64,000 bases of DNA, taken from the IMG/VR virus record IMGVR_UViG_2671180921_000012; one strand, written 5' to 3'. The stretch is from a virus. Taxonomy: Duplodnaviria > Heunggongvirae > Uroviricota > Caudoviricetes. This document shows positions 41,886 to 52,140 of the stretch, piece by piece (the first letter of the stretch is position 1; each line of letters opens with the position of its first letter). The translations under genes and the position numbers were made by a program. The notes beneath the pieces are model-generated. The model did no database searches. It was not told where the DNA came from and saw only the letters and a list, made by a program, of their open reading frames with translations.

Positions 41886-42464
41886 ATGTTGCGCTTTACT
41901 GAGGAAGAGTTTCAGGCTTTTAGTGAGCGTCGAAATAAGGGGCGGTCCAGGCCAAAAACCAAAAAGGATCCATTCTTATCGCTTGCGCCGGTAAAAGAAG
42001 TTTCTCCACATGCGAAGGCACTTGCAGCACTGGCAAAGAACCCAGACCTGCGCGACGGAAATTGCGAGCACTTCGAGCAGGTTTTCATTTTTGATTACTT
42101 CGAACGCAAGCACCCTGACATCTATGAGCTGTTGCATGCAACGCCTAACGGAGGGAAGCGTTCAAAAGCAACCGCCGGGAAAATGAAGGCTGAAGGGCAG
42201 AAAAAAGGTTATCCGGACATGAGTCTCGATAAAGCATGCGGTATTTATCACGGCATGCGAATTGAGCTTAAAGAACCAAATGGTAAAGCCCCGACGAAAG
42301 AGCAGATCGCCTGGATGCGCAGGCTTAGAGAGGAAGGCTACTACGTTGTTCTTGCGTATGGTGCAGAACAAGCGATTACCGCCATCCTGGAATACATAAG
42401 TCTTAAAAAGGGTGAGGCTATTGAGCATGTATTGAACGGCGATAAGTGGTTGCATGCCGCTTAA
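41886..42464 (+). CDS. VRR-NUC domain nuclease (192 aa)
   Basis: GYPDMSL...IELKEPNGKAPTKEQIAWMRRLREEGYYV (PD-(D/E)xK D...E.K arrangement). Confidence 0.55.
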   Translation: MLRFTEEEFQAFSERRNKGRSRPKTKKDPFLSLAPVKEVSPHAKALAALAKNPDLRDGNCEHFEQVFIFDYFERKHPDIYELLHATPNGGKRSKATAGKMKAEGQKKGYPDMSLDKACGIYHGMRIELKEPNGKAPTKEQIAWMRRLREEGYYVVLAYGAEQAITAILEYISLKKGEAIEHVLNGDKWLHAA

Positions 42465-42530
42465 AATAATAAATTAATTAGTGCATGTACGCTCTTTGTG
42501 GTAGTGCACTTTAACATCGGGAGAATAATC

Positions 42531-42686
42531 GTGTCATCCAAGGTTAATTATGAGTCGCTGGCATCGGTCATGCCGCGTAATGAACAGGAAACAGATGCTG
42601 TAGTGGACCCTGTAATCGCTGAAATGAATGCTCGCCTGGAGGCTGAATTTGCAGCTGAGAATGAACATACCACCCAGGGCGACTAG
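42531..42686 (+). CDS. Small acidic protein (51 aa, GTG start)
   Basis: SD GGGAG 5 nt before GTG. Confidence 0.3.
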   Translation: MSSKVNYESLASVMPRNEQETDAVVDPVIAEMNARLEAEFAAENEHTTQGD

Positions 42687-43290
42687 GACTGTTTTTTGTG
42701 TCGGTAGCGGTCCGTCACTCACTCGTGAGGACTGTGCTGCTATAGAAAAAACTGGCTGTTCAATCATCGCGGTTAACAATTCCTGGCAGATGTTCGATGA
42801 CATTTATGCCTTATACGCCGGTGATTTGTCATGGTGGAAGCAATACGGATCCACCATACCGGGAGGGAGATTCCGCAAAGTGACAGCCAACCTGGCGGCG
42901 GCGAAATCATTTTCGTTGGAGTACAGGCGATATTGTGGACCGGCGGAAGGGGTAAATAGCGGCGCGCAGGCTATCAGTCTGGCTGCTGAATCAGGGGCTG
43001 AAGTAGTGGTATTAGTCGGCTATGACTGTTCTCTGCAAAACGGCCTTCATTGGCATGGCGCGCACCCTCAAGCACTACGGAATCCAACGCAGGTGTCTAT
43101 TTCAAAATGGCAACAGCAGTTCCTGGATACCCGCAAAAAACACGCAGATTTACATATTTTGAATGCAAGTAGGAGCAGTGCAATTCAATGTTTCCCAAGA
43201 ATAAATTTAGAGGCAGTGATCGCGTTATTATCGTCGGCAGTGGCCCAAGCGCCGCAAACTTTGTTGCGCCGCGCGGAGTGCCGATTATAG
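42661..43290 (+). CDS. Paralogue A, Rossmann-like protein with N-terminal GSGPS motif (about 209 aa)
   Basis: VFCVGSGPSL...IIAVNNSW...VVLVGYDCS; paralogous to the next ORF. Confidence 0.45.
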   Translation: MNIPPRATRTVFCVGSGPSLTREDCAAIEKTGCSIIAVNNSWQMFDDIYALYAGDLSWWKQYGSTIPGGRFRKVTANLAAAKSFSLEYRRYCGPAEGVNSGAQAISLAAESGAEVVVLVGYDCSLQNGLHWHGAHPQALRNPTQVSISKWQQQFLDTRKKHADLHILNASRSSAIQCFPRINLEAVIALLSSAVAQAPQTLLRRAECRL

Positions 43291-43814
43291 CGGTCAATGG
43301 GGCCATCGACTGGCTTAACCGCGCTTCTTATTTTTTCACCCTTGATCCATCCCCAGACAATATGCGGCGCGTTGGTCGTGGCCGCCGTCGCCGTGGTGTT
43401 TGTTATTGCATGGCACTACCCGATGTTAAAGAACGTGAAGTCAGAGATGGCGTTCTGTGCTTCCGTCGTGTGGCTGAACGCGGCATGGAGCCAAAAAATA
43501 CGAATTCTCCCGAGTGGTGGGCGTGGCGCTGGTCCGCACATTTCGGCCTTTGCGAAGATGAGAATGAAATTGCCAGCGGCAATAGTGCATATGGTGCTCT
43601 GAACCTGGCTTTCCATATCGGATTCAAACATGTAGCTCTGGTGGGCGTTGACGCTACGCAAGAACTACGCGTTCACTCCGGCGGCACGCCAAAAAATCTA
43701 AGTCACCTGCCTTTGTTATTCCAGTCTGCGCGTGAACAGATTGACGTTGTTTCATGCGGGAAAATGGGAGGTATTCCGCAGATGACTCTTAAAGAATGGC
43801 TGAAGAATACATGA
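43188..43814 (+). CDS. Paralogue B, Rossmann-like protein with N-terminal GSGPS motif (208 aa)
   Basis: [13 protein letters not shown]...IIAVNGAI...VALVGVDAT; same motif order as paralogue A. Confidence 0.45.
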   Translation: MFPKNKFRGSDRVIIVGSGPSAANFVAPRGVPIIAVNGAIDWLNRASYFFTLDPSPDNMRRVGRGRRRRGVCYCMALPDVKEREVRDGVLCFRRVAERGMEPKNTNSPEWWAWRWSAHFGLCEDENEIASGNSAYGALNLAFHIGFKHVALVGVDATQELRVHSGGTPKNLSHLPLLFQSAREQIDVVSCGKMGGIPQMTLKEWLKNT

Positions 43815-44488
43815 TGGCACCCACAATTTATCACCGTATCGACGGTACCAAATACAGGAATGTCTGGGTTGTTGGTGATCTGCATGGTTGCTACACCAGA
43901 CTGATGTCCGAACTCCATCGTGTGGATTTTGACCCGGCGCAGGATTTACTGATATCGGTCGGCGACCTTATCGATCGCGGTACTGAAAATGTCGAATGTC
44001 TGGAACTATTGCAGATGCCCTGGTTCAGGGCAGTGATGGGGAACCATGAGCGGCTGATGATTGATGCGTTAAGTCCAGATGGCAACGTGAATAACTGGCT
44101 AATGAATGGCGGACAATGGTTCTTCATGCTGGACACTGATCAGGAAATATTAGCCTGGGCGCTGGTGGAGCTGGTAAAGCGTCTGCCCTATATCATTGAG
44201 TTGAACACCGGGCAAGAAACTATCGTTATAGCCCATGCCGACTATCCGGATAATGAATACCAATTCGGTAAGGAGGTGCCGCTTTTCAACGTTGTCTGGG
44301 CGCGCGAGCGTATCAGTGATTCGATGGATGATATTGGTGGCGAAATTTCGGGCGCAGATCGTTTTATCTTTGGTCACACTCCGGTGAAAAGCCCGAAGAC
44401 ATTCTGGAATCAGCAGTATATCGACACTGGTGCCGTATTTTGCGGAAACCTGACATTGATGAAAGTGAAAGGTGATGGTGCAGCATGA
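43811..44488 (+). CDS. ppp: Ser/Thr protein phosphatase, lambda PPase-like (Ppp)
   Basis: Metallophosphatase motifs GDLHGC, GDLIDRG, GNHE; close to lambda phosphatase over full length. Confidence 0.85.
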   Translation: MMAPTIYHRIDGTKYRNVWVVGDLHGCYTRLMSELHRVDFDPAQDLLISVGDLIDRGTENVECLELLQMPWFRAVMGNHERLMIDALSPDGNVNNWLMNGGQWFFMLDTDQEILAWALVELVKRLPYIIELNTGQETIVIAHADYPDNEYQFGKEVPLFNVVWARERISDSMDDIGGEISGADRFIFGHTPVKSPKTFWNQQYIDTGAVFCGNLTLMKVKGDGAA

Positions 44489-45186
44489 AGATTGCTTTAG
44501 TTTTTCGCTCTGGTGGTGACTATAACGCTTCCGATGTGCAGTGGCTGGTTAATCAACTGCCAAAAGGCTATGAAATTATTTGCCTGACAGACCTGAAGCG
44601 TTTACATGTACCTGGCGTCAAAGTTGTCCCATTGATCAACCAGTGGCAAAAGTGCCGTGGCTGGTGGGCGAAAATCGAGTTGTTCCGACCGGATATAACC
44701 GATGATCTGTTCTATCTGGATTTGGACACGGTTATTGCCGGTGATATACGCCCAATCCTAGAGCATCCACCAACCAGCTTCACCATGCTTAGGGATTTTT
44801 ACCATCCACAATATCGTGGCAGCGGTGCCCTGTGGATACCAAATAGTGTTAAAGCGCATATCTGGAGTGCATTCTGGCAAGATCCGGAAGGTTGGATTTC
44901 TCGTTGTGTCACTACTGAGTGTTGGGGTGACCAGGGGTTCTTACGAAAGGTTATGGGCGATGATACACCAGCATTTCAGGATCTGTATCCAGGATGGTTT
45001 GTAAGTTACAAGGCCGATGTTGTGGAACCTGGTTCAAAATATGCGAGCGCGCGTTACTCCAGGGGGAATGGGGCATTACCAAAAGACTGCCGAATAATCT
45101 TTTTCCACGGCAAACCGCGACCTCGCGAAGTGTCAGAGGATTGGCTTCCCCTTATCAGCTCATTTTTTGAGCGAGAATCAGAATAA
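44485..45186 (+). CDS. Nucleotide-sugar transferase-like protein with DxD motif (233 aa)
   Basis: YLDLDTVI DxD-type motif; start overlaps ppp stop. Confidence 0.4.
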   Translation: MKIALVFRSGGDYNASDVQWLVNQLPKGYEIICLTDLKRLHVPGVKVVPLINQWQKCRGWWAKIELFRPDITDDLFYLDLDTVIAGDIRPILEHPPTSFTMLRDFYHPQYRGSGALWIPNSVKAHIWSAFWQDPEGWISRCVTTECWGDQGFLRKVMGDDTPAFQDLYPGWFVSYKADVVEPGSKYASARYSRGNGALPKDCRIIFFHGKPRPREVSEDWLPLISSFFERESE

Positions 45187-45187
45187 T

Positions 45188-45204
45188 ATTGCTCTAATAA
45201 TTCC
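45188..45204 (+). promoter_or_regulatory. C1 operator (ATTGCTCTAATAATTCC)
   Basis: 14/17 to consensus; paired with inverted operator at 45236-45252. Confidence 0.55.
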
Positions 45205-45212
45205 ATATTTTT

Positions 45213-45240
45213 AAAACGTGATGTACACTCATCACGTTTT
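45213..45240. terminator. Hairpin AAAACGTGATG-TACACT-CATCACGTTTT between two inverted C1 operators
   Basis: 11-bp perfect stem with A-run and T-run flanks. Confidence 0.55.
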
Positions 45241-45252
45241 TTATTAGAGCAA
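45236..45252 (-). promoter_or_regulatory. C1 operator, inverted (ATTGCTCTAATAAAAAA on minus strand)
   Basis: 14/17 to consensus. Confidence 0.5.
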
Positions 45253-45267
45253 TCTACAAGGTGCACT

Positions 45268-45486
45268 ATGTGGCCATTCCGACGGAAATATCACTACTGG
45301 CTGATCGCCTTTGTTACGCCGACCGGCGGTATCAGGCATGTCATCACCAGGTATCGCAACAAGAGACTCACCTTAGCCAGAATTTTACAGGCTGCCATAG
45401 GTGAGGGACTGGATACAAATTGCGTAGTCCTTCCTCCTTCATACTTAGGAAAAATGACCGAAGCACAAGCTAATACGGAACTTTGA
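45268..45486 (+). CDS. Hypothetical small protein (72 aa)
   Basis: First ORF after operator pair. Confidence 0.3.
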   Translation: MWPFRRKYHYWLIAFVTPTGGIRHVITRYRNKRLTLARILQAAIGEGLDTNCVVLPPSYLGKMTEAQANTEL

Positions 45487-45487
45487 A

Positions 45488-46749
45488 ATGAGCACTTCAG
45501 CACAAAACCAATCAATCGAAAATGTATGTATCCCTGATGTCCTGAATGCCGGTATCCCGGCCATTATCCAGAACATCCGGGCCGCGCAACGCCGCGTTAG
45601 TTGTGATGACCTCACAGCGCGTTTTTTTGATAATGCGGTTCAGTCAGCGGAGATGCTTCACGCACAGCTTATTGATGTTTATAACGCAGAAGCTGATAGC
45701 CATAACTCCCTGGTAGATGCAGCTGAAAATATGCAGTTGGATCTCGGTCTGAAGGGTAAAGAAATTGAAGAGCTTCAGCTGGAAATTGAACATTTGAAAC
45801 GCCAGCAACAGGACGCGATCGACGATGCGACGCATGACGCCAACCAGCGTGCTGATAATGCCGAACGTATAAGCATTGAGCTGGAAACAAAACTCAATGA
45901 AATGACCGCGATGGTTGAACTGCGGAACTCACAGATTTCAACGCTAAAATCTCAATATAAAGAGATCATGAAACTTGATCCTTTTAACCTTGAGAAACGC
46001 TATAACAAAGCTAAAAGCGAGCGACAGGAACTGCGTAAGCAGGTCGCCGACCTTAACCAACAGCTCAAAAAACTATTAAAGATGCAAGCGAGGCGCGCGT
46101 GGCATTTGCTAATAAAAAAGCAGAGGTTACCGCGCTGGTTAATGAGAATGCCAAATTTGCGACGCTCAAGAAGGAAATGTATGGCATTACTGAGCGCCGT
46201 TTCCCTGCAAGCAAACTTCATCCGACGTTAGGGCAAATCTCCTTCTTCCCGCGCCTCCTGGCTTATGGGATCTCATCGCCTAAAGAGTTCAATAACGAGC
46301 GTCCTTATATCGTTTCTAAGCTGGACTTTGCTTATCAGTTCTGCTGCGACATGGGCTATGCCATTGATATCCGAATCAACGAATGGTTGATGCCAAACTT
46401 CCAGCCGTTGGCAATTTTCCGCGAGTTCCAGCCGGAAGGTTGGGTAGAGTTCTTCCATGAATTGATCTGTAAAGAGATGGAAAGCCGCCGCCCGGAATTG
46501 GTCCGTCGAGTTGAGTGGGCGCAAGAGGTTATGTTGGCAGATACAGAGCTGCCGTTCGAACCGGAATTCATTGATGATCTGGCAACTAAAGGGTTGCATA
46601 CCCTGTTTGATGTGGTTACCCGCCGTCATGAGCAGTTGGTTGTCGAATTGGGTTTAGAGGAAACTGCGGCAAGAAGACTTCTCGATGTTTGCTATGCACG
46701 TAGCGATGCATGGGAAAAAGAGAACGGCGGCACTATTTACGTTCGCTGA
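45488..46749 (+). CDS. Coiled-coil protein encoded in two frames (frame switch near A6 tract at 46067-46072)
   Basis: Frame-2 ORF 45488-46231 turns into an Arg-rich tail after QQLKK; frame-1 ORF (open from 46057, no ATG) continues the coiled coil; -1 junction at CTCAAAAAAC. Confidence 0.45.
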
Positions 46750-46821
46750 TAGTTACAGTGTCACTTTTAATGCTGGTGGAGTGCTCCCACCAGCATTTTT
46801 TTCGTCCAATGAGGAGGGCAT

Positions 46822-47328
46822 TTGAGTATTTTCAATAAACACGCACACCAGGAACGTCCGTACATCGTCATAGTAGATATTGATGGGACGATATCAGAGG
46901 CAACGGAAGACAGACTGCATTTACTTCCACCACCTGGCAAAGGTGCATTAACAGAGCACTGGAACGAGTTTAACCTTGCCTGTGACACTGATGCTCCCAT
47001 CACTCCAGTTATTGATATGGTGCGCCAGTTGTCCGGCATTTACACCCTCTGGTTTGTAACCGGGCGCTGTGAGATAGCAAGGGATAAAACACGAGCCTGG
47101 TTGCGTAAGCACGTAACAAATGGGGCGGAGCCTTTGCTATCTATGCGTCCTGCCACCGATGACAGAAATGACGGTCCAGCAAAGATTGATCTCCTGAAGA
47201 AAATTGGTCTAAGTAAAATTGCGTTCGCGCTGGAAGATAAGATTGAAGTGGCGCGTGTTTTCAGGAGTCACGGCGTACTTACGTTAATGGTCAGGGAGTA
47301 TGAAAACGCGCTTCTCCATCAACAATAA
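46822..47328 (+). CDS. HAD-superfamily phosphatase-like protein (168 aa)
   Basis: Motif I IVIVDIDGTI (DxDGT). Confidence 0.5.
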   Translation: MSIFNKHAHQERPYIVIVDIDGTISEATEDRLHLLPPPGKGALTEHWNEFNLACDTDAPITPVIDMVRQLSGIYTLWFVTGRCEIARDKTRAWLRKHVTNGAEPLLSMRPATDDRNDGPAKIDLLKKIGLSKIAFALEDKIEVARVFRSHGVLTLMVREYENALLHQQ

Positions 47329-47344
47329 TTGCTCTAATAAATCT
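47328..47344 (+). promoter_or_regulatory. C1 operator (ATTGCTCTAATAAATCT)
   Basis: 16/17 to consensus; overlaps stop of the HAD-like gene. Confidence 0.65.
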
Positions 47345-47522
47345 TGATTTTTAAAACAGAGAAAGTGAAAATAAAAACATGCCGTAAGGCGCGGCATGTA
47401 TCCAATCAATCACAGGAGCTGAAAATATGAACACGGCATTCAAAATCATTATGGCCGCGATCTATTTCTGGCTGTTCTCTATCACTTTTGGCGGCATCGT
47501 CGCGCATGGGTAAGGGGGATGC

Positions 47523-48251
47523 ATGAAAGGCGAAGTGAAAGAGCGCGGCATGATTTTCAACGATGAGATGGTCCGAGCCATCCTCGAAGGAAGGAAAACG
47601 CAGACGCGGCGGATAATGAAAAATCAGCCTGCGGAAGTTGGTCCAGAAGCACCAGTGATGGTTAGGGAAATTGGTGCAGGTTTTCAGTGGTACGGGGCTG
47701 ATGGTGTAAGCAGTGTTTTCAATTGCCCCTTTGGTATCGTCGGCGATCGAATTTGGGTTCGTGAAACATGGGCGATATTAGGCAATGAAGATGGTTGCAG
47801 TGTGGACTGGAACGACAACCTTTGTCGTGGCGATGAGAAGAACGCAGCAAGGATTTATCGGGCCAGTTGTGAGCAAAAGCCTGGTGATTACGGTTTATGG
47901 TCGATACCCGATGATGCCGACTGGAAACCTCACACTGTGAATGAAAAGTTTGATGGTGGGTGGCGTCCATCAATTCACATGCCGCGCTGGGCATCACGCA
48001 TCCTGTTGGAAATTACCAACGTGCGCGTTGAGCGGTTGAACAATATCAGCGAATGCGATGCAAGGGATGAGGGCGTTCCGCCTGCTGGAAGTTTGCTTCC
48101 TGATCACCCGGGAACATTCCTTACTCCCAAGGGGGATTTCGCAATGGCCAAGGTTGCGTTCCAGCGCCTGTGGGAATCCATCTATGGTGAAGAAAGCTGG
48201 AACGCTAATCCCTGGGTGTGGGTAATCGAGTTTAAGCGCATTCAGGAATAA
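47523..48251 (+). CDS. ASCH/PUA-like domain phage protein (242 aa)
   Basis: N-terminus MIFNDEMVRAILEGRKTQTRRI typical of prophage ASCH-like proteins. Confidence 0.45.
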   Translation: MKGEVKERGMIFNDEMVRAILEGRKTQTRRIMKNQPAEVGPEAPVMVREIGAGFQWYGADGVSSVFNCPFGIVGDRIWVRETWAILGNEDGCSVDWNDNLCRGDEKNAARIYRASCEQKPGDYGLWSIPDDADWKPHTVNEKFDGGWRPSIHMPRWASRILLEITNVRVERLNNISECDARDEGVPPAGSLLPDHPGTFLTPKGDFAMAKVAFQRLWESIYGEESWNANPWVWVIEFKRIQE

Positions 48252-48334
48252 ACCGTGAGTATGCATCAAATCGTCAGTTTTTCAGGTGGACGAGCATCGG
48301 CCTGTCTCGTTCATCTGTTCGAATAGGTAGTGGC

Positions 48335-48538
48335 ATGACAATCGTAAAAACCCATACCGGTACCGTGATCACCAAAGATGGCCCGAAGGTAAAAAAACTG
48401 CACCAAACAGAGCGGATGTGGGTCGTTGGCAAAAACGAGTTTTACCACAAAGAAACTGGACGCCGCCATTTTGCAGAAAATACGCGCCGCCGACTGCTGT
48501 TAGACACCATCAAGCCTATCGAGGTGAAGCATGTTTAA
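48335..48538 (+). CDS. Hypothetical small protein (67 aa)
   Basis: ORF only. Confidence 0.3.
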   Translation: MTIVKTHTGTVITKDGPKVKKLHQTERMWVVGKNEFYHKETGRRHFAENTRRRLLLDTIKPIEVKHV

Positions 48539-48770
48539 ACAGAACGAAAAAGCTATCGCTCAAATTGCTGATTATATCCCGCGTGCGTGCCGGGGTATGC
48601 AGTTGCAGGAAGCCAAAGCGCGCCTGGAGAAAAAAATTGCGCTCTATATTGATGACGGCTGTGATGCCGCCGTTCTTAACGAGGCGTTCGCACCAGCTCT
48701 TAACAGTCATACTCGGGAGTCTTTTTTTTCGTGCATCGCAGCGCAACTCCACCAAGGAGGCATCCAGTGA
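48531..48770 (+). CDS. Hypothetical small protein (79 aa)
   Basis: Overlapping start with upstream ORF. Confidence 0.3.
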   Translation: MFKQNEKAIAQIADYIPRACRGMQLQEAKARLEKKIALYIDDGCDAAVLNEAFAPALNSHTRESFFSCIAAQLHQGGIQ

Positions 48771-48787
48771 GCAACCGTTTTTACATG

Positions 48788-49411
48788 ATGTGTTTGCGTG
48801 AAACTGTGGGTAATAACGCCTCATTCCATTGCCATAACGGCAATGGTTACAGTTCTGATATCGATCGCGCTCATGTTTACACGCTGGAAGAAGCCCAAAA
48901 AGCCTGGAATTGTGGGCGAGATATCGATCAGCCTGTTTGTGCCGATAGTGTGGATGCAATGGCTGTGTGGCACGTTGATTGCCAGTACATCCCTACAGAA
49001 AGCCTGATTGAGTCAGATTGCACTGCGTATGTGGCCTACAAAAAAGGTAGCTGGAACGGCAACGATGTTTACTGGCTTCAACACGGTGGATTGCCAACCG
49101 ATGACTTCAGTAAAGCAACCATCTTTAGCGTCGCCAACAAAAACGAACCAGGAATAGTTTGGTTGCCATTTTCCATTGCCGATGCAGCAAAGCGGCGGAC
49201 GTTCAATATCAATAATTTTAACCGCAGAACAATGGTTCAGGGCGCAGGTTTGGTCATGCCTGACTGGTTGAAAAAGCAAAACAGAAGAAAGAAGTCGCGA
49301 AGCGGGAAGGTGCGTTGGAATTGTCCGCATTGCGGAAAAATAACCTGGCAGTACAGCCCATATGATTTTGAAGGCTGTAGTGATTACAACTGTGAAGGAT
49401 GGCGAGAATGA
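48788..49411 (+). CDS. Cys-rich protein with C-terminal zinc ribbon (about 207 aa)
   Basis: NCPHCGK...CSDYNC motif. Confidence 0.4.
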   Translation: MCLRETVGNNASFHCHNGNGYSSDIDRAHVYTLEEAQKAWNCGRDIDQPVCADSVDAMAVWHVDCQYIPTESLIESDCTAYVAYKKGSWNGNDVYWLQHGGLPTDDFSKATIFSVANKNEPGIVWLPFSIADAAKRRTFNINNFNRRTMVQGAGLVMPDWLKKQNRRKKSRSGKVRWNCPHCGKITWQYSPYDFEGCSDYNCEGWRE

Positions 49412-50274
49412 CAATTGACTATCAGGTACTGCGTGAGGCGGCAGAAAAGGCAACACCAGACGAATGGGTCGCATTTATTTCGACGGATACTGGTACTTAT
49501 GCGGTGCACACGCCCGGTGATGAACGATGTGAAGACGTTATCAAATGGACCGGCTTTGATGGACAGAAAAATGCAGAGAACAACGCTCGTTATGTTGCCG
49601 CGTTCAACCCAAAGGTTGCACTGGAGCTGCTTGGTGAAATTAAGCGCCTGGAGGACACAAATATTGATGCTATGTGTCGAATTGCAGAGCTTGAGACTAA
49701 TCTCGCGGCGCTGGCAGCGGAGAATGCGGCGCTGAAGGCCGGGGCTATGTATTTCTCATATGGCTCTGAATTTAGTTTCGAGTGTCACAAAACTGCTGAG
49801 GAGGCTATCGCTGCTGCTGAGGCTGCAATTGACGACTATAGAGGCGATGCTTGCGATGGATGGAGCGAAGAGGTCGAAAGCATTTGCTGGGGGGTAATTA
49901 TTCAGCAGGCAACCAAGGTCGGTGAACGCAAGAAGAGGAAATGCGACAGAGTATCACCATGGATTGAAAGAGTTTGTGATTATGAGCTTCGACCTAATGT
50001 CGAAACCCCAGCCACCGATGCTTTCCTGTCTGAAATTCGTGCGGAAGCACGCAACGAGGGGATTAACTATACCGCCAGCCGTCTTGCTGCTGCGTTCAAT
50101 CACGGATTTATCAATAAGTCTTTGCGTGAAGTTTTCGACGTTACACGCATGATTTTGTCAGCGAAAGAAGAGTTGGCTAATGAAGCGCATCCGATTGATG
50201 GCCTGTCTGGTGAATATGCGGAGAAATCCCTTGAAGAATGGGCGGAACAGATTCGCAAAGGAAGCAGCCAGTGA
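49399..50274 (+). CDS. Ea22/Ead-like protein, paralogue 1 (291 aa)
   Basis: N-terminus MTIDYQVLREAAEKATP and central coiled coil; shares ATDAFL...QIRKGS C-terminal module with paralogue 2. Confidence 0.5.
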   Translation: MARMTIDYQVLREAAEKATPDEWVAFISTDTGTYAVHTPGDERCEDVIKWTGFDGQKNAENNARYVAAFNPKVALELLGEIKRLEDTNIDAMCRIAELETNLAALAAENAALKAGAMYFSYGSEFSFECHKTAEEAIAAAEAAIDDYRGDACDGWSEEVESICWGVIIQQATKVGERKKRKCDRVSPWIERVCDYELRPNVETPATDAFLSEIRAEARNEGINYTASRLAAAFNHGFINKSLREVFDVTRMILSAKEELANEAHPIDGLSGEYAEKSLEEWAEQIRKGSSQ

Positions 50275-50561
50275 ATATCGACACGACCGTAACGATCGAT
50301 ACGCTCCTAAATACCGGTCTGGCACTTCTCGGTTGGCTTTACATCATGTCCCGCACATGGCGATGGCTGGGTTCCATTTTCCTAAAACAGTGGAAAAAAC
50401 GGCGCAAACAGGAACTACGCCAGAAGGCATTAGAAGCGTTCTATGACGCATTTGAGCTTAGCCGCATTGAACCAGGTACAACAGCCAGGATAGCGACAAA
50501 AGGCGACCTGATGATAGTGATGTTCCGACAGGAGAGAGCAGAGAAAGGGGAATCAGCATGA
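50271..50561 (+). CDS. Small membrane protein (96 aa, GTG start overlapping upstream stop)
   Basis: Hydrophobic segment LLNTGLALLGWLYIM; GTGA and ATGA overlaps with neighbours. Confidence 0.35.
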   Translation: MNIDTTVTIDTLLNTGLALLGWLYIMSRTWRWLGSIFLKQWKKRRKQELRQKALEAFYDAFELSRIEPGTTARIATKGDLMIVMFRQERAEKGESA

Positions 50562-51292
50562 AATTTTCCAAATTTTCTGAGTTGGTGAATCGTATTTTGT
50601 CCAACAACCACAGCCATCGTCGCGATATGGATGTAACAATCGTTGTTCATTCGCCTGGCAGCATTGGTTCAACACCTTCAGTTGAGGTTCAGTCAATTCA
50701 CGCTGGTTTTGATTGGGATTCCGGGAAAGTGCTTATTTTCCCATCACAGCCACTGACCACGCTAACACCAGAACAGATTACTGATATCACTGATAGTGTG
50801 CGCAAAGGTCAGTCTTGGCACGCATATCAGGAATACAAGAAGCATCAAGAGCAGTTGGAAAAATTGTCGATTGAACTGGATGCCGCAAAACAGCGCATTG
50901 CAGAGCTGGAGGGTAATCGCACGGCGCTGGCAGTGGAGAATGAGCTGGCTCGTAAGGCAGTTCAGGCATTCTGCGATGTTGTTGGCGACAACACCGAGGT
51001 TATCGCTGAGGTGGTTGGGCGAGATGGCGTTCTGGTTATTTTGGAGGCCATGAAGGCAACAGGAAATATGCCAGCCACCGATGCTTTCCTGGCTGAAGTG
51101 CGGGCGCAGGGCGTGGATGCTGCTATAGAAGCTGCAAAAAATCTGGTGGCCCAAGAATATGAGTATAAGGATTTCAAAGCGGCGCAGAGTGATTGCTGTA
51201 TGCACCCTGGTTCAGACCTGGTAGGGAAGGTTGAAATGACTGAGTGGTTAGTTGACTTTGCTGCCCAGCTTCGCAAAGGAGGCAACCAGTGA
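50558..51292 (+). CDS. Ea22/Ead-like protein, paralogue 2 (244 aa)
   Basis: Coiled coil LEKLSIELDAAKQRIAELEGNRTALAVENELA and shared C-terminal module. Confidence 0.5.
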   Translation: MKFSKFSELVNRILSNNHSHRRDMDVTIVVHSPGSIGSTPSVEVQSIHAGFDWDSGKVLIFPSQPLTTLTPEQITDITDSVRKGQSWHAYQEYKKHQEQLEKLSIELDAAKQRIAELEGNRTALAVENELARKAVQAFCDVVGDNTEVIAEVVGRDGVLVILEAMKATGNMPATDAFLAEVRAQGVDAAIEAAKNLVAQEYEYKDFKAAQSDCCMHPGSDLVGKVEMTEWLVDFAAQLRKGGNQ

Positions 51293-51777
51293 GCGAAATT
51301 AATTACCAGGCACTGCGTGAGGCGGCGGAACGTGCAATTCCAGCAATGGAACGCCTGTTAATGTTGCCAGCTGATGATGATTTGTTAAGTGAACAGGAAC
51401 TTAAAGATTACGGTGTGGATATTGATGCGCTCAACGCCTTCAAATTTCTGGCCGGACCAGAAACCGTGCTGGCACTACTGGATGAACGGGAAAGGAACCA
51501 GCAATACATCAAATCCCGCGACCAGGAGAACGAGGATATTGCGCTAACGGTAGGGAAGTTGCGCGTTGAGCTTGAGGCAGAAAAACAGCGGGCAAAGGAT
51601 CTGTTTATGGAAAATGCTCGGCTTAAGTCAGGTATAGCCGGTCTGATACACCTCGGTATTCGATATGCAGATGTTGATGTCATGAAAATTGCTGGAGATG
51701 CCCAGCTTTCTACCCCATGCACTGACAGCATCATAAACAGCATTGCAACAGGCATTCGCATCAACGGAGGTGAGTAG
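51289..51777 (+). CDS. Ea22/Ead-like protein, paralogue 3 (162 aa)
   Basis: N-terminus MSEINYQALREAAERAIP matches paralogue 1 N-terminus. Confidence 0.5.
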   Translation: MSEINYQALREAAERAIPAMERLLMLPADDDLLSEQELKDYGVDIDALNAFKFLAGPETVLALLDERERNQQYIKSRDQENEDIALTVGKLRVELEAEKQRAKDLFMENARLKSGIAGLIHLGIRYADVDVMKIAGDAQLSTPCTDSIINSIATGIRINGGE

Positions 51778-52140
51778 TGCGTGTGGCATGTATTGGCTTG
51801 TTACCGTACCCGACTCGTTTTTGGGCTTCTGCGCTAATTGCAAAGCCACAGGTCCTGATGGCTGACAACATCACCCCAGCACCAAAGCGCCGCCATACCG
51901 GTATTGCAGCGGCACGACGAGCAGCAAAGAGACGCAGGAGAGCAAAGCGATGAAAAACCGTAAAGCAAAGATTCTGTTAGTTCGTAGAAACGCTCCTGGC
52001 GTCTGGCAGTGGGTGAGACTCAGCAACCGACGGATGGGGTTAATGAAACATTACGGGATGATGGATTGTGGTTTTTGCAAAAAGCCCAGCGCGGCGCAAA
52101 ACCGCTGGAAAAACCACTTGCGCACTAAAGGAGAGTGATA

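Noticed and set aside
42468-42484. Weak operator-like sequence AAATTAATTAGTGCAT
   Set aside because: Only about 12/17 matches to the C1 operator consensus; not called
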